NCBI GenBank assembly: GCA_963733815.1
Contig: CAVTEG010000006.1
Coordinates: 289,956 to 353,955, forward strand
Reading direction: 5' to 3'
Origin: an uncultured Acidobacteriota bacterium
GTDB taxonomy: Bacteria > Acidobacteriota > Thermoanaerobaculia > UBA5066 > Gp7-AA6
Length of the DNA stretch: 64,000 nucleotides
The notes beneath the pieces are model-generated. The model was not told the DNA's origin and did no database searches. It worked only from the letters and a program-made list of their open reading frames with translations. A program made the translations under genes and the position numbers. Positions 36,161 through 44,005 of this stretch are shown one piece after another (within the stretch, counting starts at the first letter, position 1; the number at the start of each line of letters is the position of its first letter).

Positions 36161-37341
36161 TCAGGCTCCCGCTTCGACGACGACGGCGATGCCCTGTCCG
36201 CCGCCGATGCACGCTCCGGCCAAACCGTAGCGAACGCCGCGGCGGCGCATTTCCTTCAGCAGCGTCAGCGTGCAGCGCGTGCCCGTAGCCGCGAGGGGGT
36301 GCCCAGCGCGATCGCGCCGCCGTTGACGTTGAGCGTCTCGCGATCGAGGTTGAGCTCGCGAATGACACCGAGGATTTGCCCGGCGAAGGCTTCGTTGATC
36401 TCCCAGAGACCGATGTCCTTCTGTGAGAGCCCCGCACGCGCGATCGCCGCGCGCGCCGCCGGAGCGGGACCCAGACCCATCAGCTCGGGCTCGACGCCGA
36501 CAACAGCCCACGAGACCAGGCGTCCGAGAGGTTTCTTACCCCGAGCCGCTTCTTCCGACGCGACGACGACGGCGGCCGCGCCATCGACGATTCCCGAAGC
36601 GTTGCCCGCCGTGACCGAGCCGTCCTTGCCGAAGGAGGGCGGGAGACCCGCGAGCCCCTCGAGTGTCGAGTCCGGGCGCATGTGATCGTCCTTCTCGACG
36701 CGGACGGTCTTTCGGCCCGATTTGACTTCCACGGGCACGACCTCTTCCGACAGCCGGCAGGCCCCCCAGGCCGCGGCCGCGCGTTGCTGCGACGAGAGGG
36801 CGTAGGCGTCCTGCTCGGCCCGGGTGATCTCGTACTTCGCCGCGACGCGATCCGACGTTTGCGCCATGGAGAGGCCGCAATAGGAATCCATCAGTGCCAC
36901 CATCAGCGAGTCCTCGAGCTGGCCCTGGCCGAGCCTCAGGCCTTTACGGGCGCCCCGGATGACGTGGGGGGCCTGGGACATGTTCTCCATGCCGCCGGCC
37001 AGGACCGTCTTCGCCTCACCCAGAAGAATCCGCTGCGCCCCCTGCACGATCGACTCGAAACCCGAACCGCAGAGGCGATTGACCGTCAGCGCCGGGACCT
37101 CCTTCGGCAAGCCCGCCTTCAGGGCGACGTGCCGGGCGCCGTAGATGGCGTCTCCCGACGTCTGGAGGGCATTGCCGAAGATCACATGGTCGACGGCGCC
37201 GGGCTCGACACCGCTGCGCGCCAGGGCCTCCCGGGCCGCGTGCACCCCGAGATCGATCGCCGAGACGTCGGCGAAGGCGCCGTTGTACTCGGCCATCGGA
37301 GTCCGCGCGCCTTCCAGAATGAGAATTGGCTGATCCGCCAT
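36161..37341 (-). pseudogene. Acetyl-CoA C-acetyltransferase (thiolase), interrupted by a 1-nt frameshift near 36300-36304
   Basis: ORF 36265..37341 reads ..NRLCGSG...[10 protein letters not shown], then nonsense. The conserved tail [46 protein letters not shown] is in the frame of ORF 36161..36511. One extra C/G restores 393 aa. Confidence 0.87.
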
Positions 37342-37380
37342 GAAGCCCGGCAGTCTATCGCACTCCGGCGGGAGCGCGGT

Positions 37381-38427
37381 TCAGCCCAGGCTCTCGTAGG
37401 CCGCGCGGTGAAAGCGCTGGCGCACCTCGTTGAACGGGATCTCCTTGACCTCGGGGTGAATGCGGTTGGTCAGGAGCACGAGGATCCAGTCGCGTGCGGG
37501 ATCGATCCAGAGCGACGTGCCGGTGAAGCCGGTGTGTCCGAAGCTTCCCGGACTCATCTCCGGGATCGCCGAGCCCGCGCCGCGCTTGCCCTGCCAGGCG
37601 AGGCCGCGGGCCTCCGCGAGCTCCACCGTCTGGTCCGCACCGTACGCCACGAGCTTGGGCGACAGCCACGCAAGAGCGAGTCTCCAGACGTCGCGCGCCG
37701 TGCCGAAGAGCCCGGCGGATCCCGCGACACCGCCCCGCCGGAAGGCGTTCCCGTCGTGGACCTCTCCGCGCACCACGTCGTCGCGAAAACCGGCGTACGC
37801 GAGACCCCGTGCCGCGACCATCGCGCGCTCGAACCGGTCCCCTCTCTCCGTGGCGGCGCAGGACGTATCCGGGCCCGGAAGAAATCGCGCGCCGGATCCC
37901 GCGGGGGAAGCCACGGCCTCCTGATAGAGACGGTCGAGCGGAGCGCCCAGAGCCGTCTCGAGAATCTCGCCCAGCAGAAGGAAGTTGGGATCGCTGTAAA
38001 TGACCCGCCGCCCGGGCACATCGTCGGGTTCGAGCTCCGCCAGCGTGCGTCGATACGCGGCCGGTCCTTCTCCCCGAACGTAGAGCGGAAACCACGCCGG
38101 CAGTCCTGAAGTGTGCGTCAGGAGATGAGCGAGGGTGATCCCGTCGTATCGCGTCCGCTTCCACTCCGACAGAAAGCGCCCGGGCGGCGCGTCGACCGAA
38201 ATCGCGCCGCCCGACGCGGCCACGATCGCCGCAGTCGAGAGAGGCTTGGTCAGGCTCGCGAGGTCGAACAGCGTGTCCGGCGTGACCGCCTCGGTCCGCG
38301 GCTCGAGGCTCGCGTGGCCCGCGACCTCCTCGGCCAGCACCTCGTCCCCGCGCGCGACGAGCCCGGAGGCTCCGGGAAAAGAGCCCGCGGCTATCTCCTC
38401 CTCGAGGAACCGCGCCAGCGGAGTCAC
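37381..38427 (-). CDS. Serine hydrolase of the beta-lactamase/PBP (class C-like) family
   Basis: GTG at 38427 overlaps the upstream stop (GTGA). FDLASLTKPL (SxxK), YSDPNF, HTGFTG. 348 aa; the remainder of the 1085-aa ORF is an artefact. Confidence 0.83.
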   Translation of the reverse strand: MTPLARFLEEEIAAGSFPGASGLVARGDEVLAEEVAGHASLEPRTEAVTPDTLFDLASLTKPLSTAAIVAASGGAISVDAPPGRFLSEWKRTRYDGITLAHLLTHTSGLPAWFPLYVRGEGPAAYRRTLAELEPDDVPGRRVIYSDPNFLLLGEILETALGAPLDRLYQEAVASPAGSGARFLPGPDTSCAATERGDRFERAMVAARGLAYAGFRDDVVRGEVHDGNAFRRGGVAGSAGLFGTARDVWRLALAWLSPKLVAYGADQTVELAEARGLAWQGKRGAGSAIPEMSPGSFGHTGFTGTSLWIDPARDWILVLLTNRIHPEVKEIPFNEVRQRFHRAAYESLG

Positions 38428-38954
38428 GGGCCCGCGGATTCGATCTGCGACCGCCGCGGCGCGATCAGCGCCGCGTTCCGGGCGACTCCGGGCAAGAGAG
38501 GCTCCGCCCGCCGCGCCGCGTTGCGCTCGCGTTCCAGAGCCGCGATCTCGGCAAACAGCCGCGCCGACGTCTTCGAGTCCCGGCTCACGCGCCGCGCCTC
38601 CCGCAACGCCGCGATCCCCTTCGCGTACGAATCGACCGCCGCTTCGCGCACCGCGCGGGCGTCGAGCGCCTGCAAGGCTTCGGCGATCCGGCTGCGCGTC
38701 CACTGCAATTCCGCGGGATCGACGCCGAGCGCTCGGGCTGTTTCCATTTCTCCTCCCGGGCCGGCGCCACGGAGCCTCAGATAGAGGTCCACCTGCGCGG
38801 ACGTCAGCCTTCCGTTTTCGGGCGGCCGAAAGCGAGGCTCGACGCTGCTTCGAATCGCCCGGACGGGATCCAGGGCAGCCGACTTCCCGCCGCCACCGCA
38901 GCCGATCCCGAGGAGCGCGGCGGCCAAAGCGGCCGCCCCCTTGCGAGTGCGCAC
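38424..38954 (-). CDS. Hypothetical lipoprotein
   Basis: GTG at 38954 gives VRTRKGAAALAAALLGIGCGG (lipobox), followed by a helical body. Start uncertain. Confidence 0.55.
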   Translation of the reverse strand: MRTRKGAAALAAALLGIGCGGGGKSAALDPVRAIRSSVEPRFRPPENGRLTSAQVDLYLRLRGAGPGGEMETARALGVDPAELQWTRSRIAEALQALDARAVREAAVDSYAKGIAALREARRVSRDSKTSARLFAEIAALERERNAARRAEPLLPGVARNAALIAPRRSQIESAGP

Positions 38955-39045
38955 CGAAACAGTGTACCCAGCACAAGCCTCTTCCTGCGAACGGTTTCGG
39001 ACGATTCCCAGTTCGATTAAACTGTGGCGTTCGCGGGGCGCAGGG

Positions 39046-40890
39046 ATGCTCGACAAGATCGGAAAATACGAAGTCTCCGAGCAAATCGGGGTAGGCGGCT
39101 TTGGCGCCGTCTACAGGGGTCGGGATCCATTCATCAAGCGCACGGTCGCGATCAAAACCTGTCAGGTCAACGATGAAGAGATCAAGCACCGGTTCTTCCG
39201 GGAGGCCGAGCTCGCCGGCAACCTCCACCACCGCAACATCACCACGATCTACGACTTCGGCGTCGAGAACGGCATCCCCTACATCGTGCAGGAGTTTCTG
39301 ACCGGGGAGGACCTCGACAAGAAGATCAAGCGCGGCGAGCCGATCGCCGCGGCGCGCAAAGTCGAGATCCTGATGGCGATCGCCGACGGCCTCGGATACG
39401 CCCACAATGCGTCGATCGTCCACCGCGACGTCAAGCCCGCCAACGTCCGCATCCTCGACGACGGCACGGTGAAGGTCATGGATTTCGGCATCGCGAAATC
39501 CCTCCAGACCGAGTCCAACCTGACGCAGACCGGCATCACGCTCGGCACGTCGGCATACCTCGCACCCGAGCAGATCCGCGGAGAAGCGATCGACCGCCGG
39601 ACCGACATCTTCGCCCTCGGCGTCCTGTCCTACGAGCTGCTCGCGTACCGCAAGCCGTTTCGGGGAGAGCATCTTTCCACGGTTCTGTACAAGATCCTCA
39701 ACGAGACGCCCGATCCCGTCGCGAACCTGGCGCAGGACACTCCGGCTTCGCTCGCGGCGGCGATCGATCGCGCGATGGCGAAGAATCCGGCAGACCGGTA
39801 CCCGACCATGGAGGCTTTCCGAAAGGACCTGCAGGCCGTTCACCGGGAATTGACCGGTGCCTCCGGAATGTACCCGGTCCGTCCCAGCGACTCCGCCACG
39901 GTGCGGACCCCACGCCCCAACGAAGACCTCGAGACGACGTTGGCGACCCCGTCGAGCGGTGTGTCGCCGATTCGCGCCAACATCACGCCCCCCTCCGGCG
40001 CGCTCGCCCGGGTGCCCTCCGACGCGACGCCGGTTTCGGGATCGATATCCGGAGGCCGTCCCGCGCTCGAGCTGGTCAACTTCCGCGACCCCTCGGCCGC
40101 CGAGATTCCCGCCGAGGACCAGCCGACCCGGCGCACCAGCGACACGGAAGTCGCGACCGGTGTGGGGAAGACGCGCATCGCGATCTTCGTGGGCATTCTG
40201 GTGGTCGTCGCCGCCGCCGCGGGCGCCTATTTCTTCATGCAGCGCCGTCCCGAGCCGGCAAAGCCCCTTCCTGCACCTCCGCCGCCGGCGGCGGTCGCTC
40301 CCACGCCGGCCATCGAGTTCCCGGAGCCCAAGTTCGGAACCGGCGATGCCGCCGCGCTTCCGACCGCCGCTCCGGCCGTGGCCGAGGTCGTGCCCACGGC
40401 TCCTCCCCCGCCCGCCGTCGTTCCCACGGAGATCCCGGCCCCGAAGAAGGTCAAGGTGCAGTTCTCCTCCGTCCCGATCGCAACCCTGTCGGTCGACGGG
40501 AAGACGATCGGTCCCTCCATCCCGGCGCGCACGATCACGCTCGAGGAGGGCGAGCACACCGTGCGCTTCGAGGCCAAGGATTTCCCGCCTCACGAGAGGA
40601 AGTTCAAGGTTTCCGCGGGGGCCGAGAACCGGATCCACTACCAGTTCCCGGTGTCGATGCTCGTGATCGAGGCGCAGGGCTGGGCCGGAGCGCGCGTGCT
40701 CGTGGACGGGAAGTACAAAGGCTCTCTCCCCGACGCCGCGCGGCTGAAACTTCCGCCCGGCGACTACAGCGTCACGCTCTCCCGCGAAGGATCCAACCCC
40801 GTGACCGAGCGAATCACGGTTCCCGAGGGCGCTCCGAAGACCTGGAATCCGCCGCCTCCTTCTCCGGCGGCATCCGGAGGTGCATCCTGA
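39046..40890 (+). CDS. Ser/Thr protein kinase with TM segment and C-terminal PEGA-type domains
   Basis: GVGGFGAVYRG..VAIK, HRDVKPANV, DFGIAK, APEQ. Pro/Ala linker and TM (IAIFVGILVVVAAAAGAYFF). Two beta-rich repeats: VDGKTIGP..EGEHTV and VDGKYKGS..PGDYSV. Confidence 0.9.
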   Translation: MLDKIGKYEVSEQIGVGGFGAVYRGRDPFIKRTVAIKTCQVNDEEIKHRFFREAELAGNLHHRNITTIYDFGVENGIPYIVQEFLTGEDLDKKIKRGEPIAAARKVEILMAIADGLGYAHNASIVHRDVKPANVRILDDGTVKVMDFGIAKSLQTESNLTQTGITLGTSAYLAPEQIRGEAIDRRTDIFALGVLSYELLAYRKPFRGEHLSTVLYKILNETPDPVANLAQDTPASLAAAIDRAMAKNPADRYPTMEAFRKDLQAVHRELTGASGMYPVRPSDSATVRTPRPNEDLETTLATPSSGVSPIRANITPPSGALARVPSDATPVSGSISGGRPALELVNFRDPSAAEIPAEDQPTRRTSDTEVATGVGKTRIAIFVGILVVVAAAAGAYFFMQRRPEPAKPLPAPPPPAAVAPTPAIEFPEPKFGTGDAAALPTAAPAVAEVVPTAPPPPAVVPTEIPAPKKVKVQFSSVPIATLSVDGKTIGPSIPARTITLEEGEHTVRFEAKDFPPHERKFKVSAGAENRIHYQFPVSMLVIEAQGWAGARVLVDGKYKGSLPDAARLKLPPGDYSVTLSREGSNPVTERITVPEGAPKTWNPPPPSPAASGGAS

Positions 40891-42512
40891 AACGTCTTCT
40901 CGTCGTCGCCCTGGGAATCGTTCTGATCTCCGCCGTTCTTCCTGCGCAGGACACTGCGAAGCTCGAGGCCGACGCCAAGAAGGCGTTCGACTCGGGACGC
41001 TTCAAGGAAGCCGGAGACAAGTACGCGAAGGCCGCCGAGACGGCCGGACTGACGCCCGATCGGCAGGCCGACCTCCACCTGCAGAGCGCGTGGTCGTACT
41101 ACATCGCCGGAAGCTCCAAGAGCGCCCGCGAGCAGCTCAAGTCGGCCCTGACGGCGCGGCCCGACCTGCAGGTGATCCCGGACTTCTACAGCCCCGACTT
41201 CGCGAATCTCGCCGGGGCGGTTCGCGCGGAGGTCGCCGGCGCCAACGTGCCCCCCATCGACGTCGAGGAGCTGAAACGCTCGGCCCGCGCCAAGCTCGCC
41301 GACGGGAAGGCCGAGGAAGCCCTCTACGACTTGAAGCGCGCAGGCAACGTCAACGACCCCGAGGTCTTCCGGCTCCTCGCGGATGCCAACGAGCGCCTGG
41401 GTCGGACCGCCGACGCCGACGCCGCGCGCAAGCACGCCGCCGACATCGAGAAGGGAATGGTCAGCTCGACGCCCATCGGCGCCGCGCCTCTGGAGGTCGG
41501 CGGGGCCGCTCCGACCGCCGCGGTCGCCGTGGGGCCGCTGCTGGAGGAGGCGTCGGCTGCGCTCGCCAAGGGAGATTTCCGGACGGCGGGTGCTCTCGCG
41601 CGCCAGGCTTCGGAGGCTGAACCCCGCAATGCCGAAGCGCACCGCATCGCGGGAGACGCGGCTCTGGCGGGCGGCCAGGACGCGGAAGCGGAACGGGAGT
41701 ACACGGCCTCGATCGTGCTGGAGTCCGGCAACCCCGGGGCAGAGCTCGGCCTGGCAATCGTGGCCGAGAACCAGCGGAAATGGAACACGGCCGCCAGCCA
41801 CTACCGCCGCGCTCTGGACTTCGATCCCAAGAGCGTCGCCGCGGCCCGCGGCCTCGGACGCTCCATGCTGGAGCTCGGCGACAAGAGCGCCGCCCGGATC
41901 GCCTTCGGGCGCGCCATCGAAATCGACGCGACCTCCGCGGACGCCCGCAACGACTTCGGCGTGTTCCTCTACCGCTCCGACGAGCTCGACCGGGCGCAGG
42001 AGGAGCTGATCGAGGCCGTTCGGCTGGATCCGAGCCGCGCGGTGTTCCACGAGAACCTCGGACGGACCTTTCGGAAGAAGGGGATGTCGAAGGAAGCCGA
42101 GCGCGAGCTTGCCGAAGCCGCGCGGCTCGACGGGAAGGACGCCACGGTCTGGACCGCCCTCGGCCAGGTCCGGGCCCAGCAGAGGAAGCTCGACGACGCC
42201 GTCGCCGCGTTCACGACGGCCCTGAACCTCGATCCCTTGAGCGAGGAGGCCGCGACCGCGCTCTCCGCCGCTCTCGCGGCACAAGGCAAGCTCGAGGAGG
42301 CCGAAGCCGCGCTTTCGAAGTCTCTCGAGAACAACGCCAAGTCGCCGGCGCTCTGGAACGATCTGGGCGTCGTGCGCGTGCGCCGGGCGAACTACTCCGG
42401 AGCGACGGAGGCCTTTCAGAAGGCCCTGGGTCTCGACGGCGCCTTCGAACCCGCGAAGACGAATCTGGCACGAACCGGAGAGATCGCCGCCCTGGAGAAG
42501 GCCGCGTCCTGA
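40887..42512 (+). CDS. Exported TPR-repeat protein (no canonical start codon for the signal-peptide region)
   Basis: The frame is open from the kinase stop: (L)KRLLVVALGIVLISAVLPAQD..., then multiple TPR-like repeats. The first ATG/GTG/TTG in frame is only at 41172. Confidence 0.65.
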   Translation: MKRLLVVALGIVLISAVLPAQDTAKLEADAKKAFDSGRFKEAGDKYAKAAETAGLTPDRQADLHLQSAWSYYIAGSSKSAREQLKSALTARPDLQVIPDFYSPDFANLAGAVRAEVAGANVPPIDVEELKRSARAKLADGKAEEALYDLKRAGNVNDPEVFRLLADANERLGRTADADAARKHAADIEKGMVSSTPIGAAPLEVGGAAPTAAVAVGPLLEEASAALAKGDFRTAGALARQASEAEPRNAEAHRIAGDAALAGGQDAEAEREYTASIVLESGNPGAELGLAIVAENQRKWNTAASHYRRALDFDPKSVAAARGLGRSMLELGDKSAARIAFGRAIEIDATSADARNDFGVFLYRSDELDRAQEELIEAVRLDPSRAVFHENLGRTFRKKGMSKEAERELAEAARLDGKDATVWTALGQVRAQQRKLDDAVAAFTTALNLDPLSEEAATALSAALAAQGKLEEAEAALSKSLENNAKSPALWNDLGVVRVRRANYSGATEAFQKALGLDGAFEPAKTNLARTGEIAALEKAAS

Positions 42513-42559
42513 CCGCGGCGCGGATCCCGGTGCCGGCCGCACCCTTCCTTCTCTCGGCC

Positions 42560-43402
42560 ATGCTCGCGATGTCTCCCTCCGATGCGGCGTACATCGATCA
42601 GATCGAGGCCTGGAGGGCCGCCCGCGTCGCGCGACTGACCGCCGAGGACGGGTGGCTGTCGGTCATCGGACTCTGGTGGCTGGAGCCCGGGGAGAACTCC
42701 GTCGGCAGCGGCTCCGGGAGCCGGGTCGCGCTTCCTTCGGACAAGGCGCCCGCCGAGCTCGGCACGATCGTTCTCTCCGACGGCGCGCTGTCCTTTCGAG
42801 CCCGCTCCGGCGTGACCGTCTCGGCGAACGGCCAGCCCGTGACCGCCGCCCCGTTGAAGTCCGACGCCGACGGCGATCCGACCGTCCTGTCCCACGGCTC
42901 GCTGCGGTTTTACGTCATCGAGCGCGGGGGCCGCTTCGCGGTGCGGGTCAAGGACTCCGCCAGCGAGGCGCGACGCTCGTTTCACGGTATCTCCTATTTC
43001 CCGACGAGCCCGGCGTGGCGCGTCGAAGCGCGTTTCGAGCCGTACGATCCTCCCAGGTCGATCTCCGTTCCCAACGTGCTCGGCCACGTCGACTCGGAAA
43101 CCTCGCCGGGCGCCCTGGTTTTCGCCCACGACGGAAAGACCTACCGCCTCGATCCCGTGCTCGAGCGCGGCGAGACCGAGTACTTTGTGATCTTCGGGGA
43201 CCGGACCAACGGCACCGACACGTACGGCGCGGGCCGCTTCCTCTACGTCGCGCCGCCCGTGAACGGGAAGACCGTGATCGATTTCAACAAGGCCTACAAC
43301 CCGCCGTGCGTCTTCACGGCGTACGCCACATGTCCTCTGCCGCCCCCGCAGAACAAGCTTCCCTTCCGCGTGGAGGCCGGCGAGAAGGAATACGCACACT
43401 AG
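42560..43402 (+). CDS. DUF1684-family protein
   Basis: YIDQIEAWRAARVARLTAEDGWLSVIGLWWL...NKAYNPPCVFTAYATCPLPPPQN is typical of DUF1684. Confidence 0.78.
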   Translation: MLAMSPSDAAYIDQIEAWRAARVARLTAEDGWLSVIGLWWLEPGENSVGSGSGSRVALPSDKAPAELGTIVLSDGALSFRARSGVTVSANGQPVTAAPLKSDADGDPTVLSHGSLRFYVIERGGRFAVRVKDSASEARRSFHGISYFPTSPAWRVEARFEPYDPPRSISVPNVLGHVDSETSPGALVFAHDGKTYRLDPVLERGETEYFVIFGDRTNGTDTYGAGRFLYVAPPVNGKTVIDFNKAYNPPCVFTAYATCPLPPPQNKLPFRVEAGEKEYAH

Positions 43403-43428
43403 CTCGTCCCGAGCCGGAGGGCTCTGAG

Positions 43429-43974
43429 TCAGCTCAGCGCGTCCAGGAGCTCCTTCAGGATGCGCGCGGTCGTGCCCCAGATCACGTGGTCGCCGTGGTG
43501 GTAGAAGAGCACGGGCTCGTCGCGCCCGGGAAGCATCTTCGTCTCGAGCGCCTTCGGGTCGACCAGCGCCGCGATCGGCGCCTCGACCAGCTCGGCGATC
43601 TCGGACTCGGCGATGCGGAACGGATAGGGGTTCGGGATCGCTCCACGAACGGCTCGACGTAGAAGTTCGTGACCGTCGTCAGGGGCGAGAGCGTCCCGAG
43701 GGGTTTGACGTCCTCGGCGCGGACGCCGATCTCCTCGTCGGTCTCGCGAAGCGCCGTGTCGAGGGGCGAGTCGTCGTCCTGCTCGGCCGATCCTCCGGGA
43801 AACGAGATCTGCCCGCGGTGGTGCTCGAGGCTCTCGGTGCGCCGCGTCAGAAGCACCCAGAAGGCCTCCGTCCTTCACGTAGAGCGGCACCAGGACCGCC
43901 GCCTTGCGGAGACCCGGACGGGAGGCCGGCGTGGAGCGCTCGCGGGCGGCCAGACGCTCCCGCACCTCGTCCAT
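43429..43974 (-). pseudogene. Nudix hydrolase, CoA pyrophosphatase type, with two opposite-sign frameshifts
   Basis: The N-terminus (..RKAAVLVPLYVKD) and C-terminus (GAIPNPYPFRIAESE...VIWGTTARIL) are in one frame. The core WVLLTRRTESLEHHRGQISFPGGSAEQDDDSPLDTALRETDEEIGV (Nudix box) is in another (ORF 43482..43856). Shifts lie near 43868 and 43645. Confidence 0.72.
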
Positions 43975-44005
43975 CCACCACCGCGCCGGCGGCGGCGCGG
44001 ACGCG

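Noticed and set aside
38428-40638. Upstream 736 codons of the 1085-aa minus-strand ORF; likewise 40764..42542 (-), 45048..47726 (-), 47561..49078 (-), 56493..59153 (+) and 62316..63569 (-)
   Set aside because: All are antisense or out of frame relative to genes with strong motif support (kinase, TPR, lnt/lipA, SPOR/SPFH, M1 peptidase/aminotransferase, GAPDH-like). They have R/G/A/P-biased composition.
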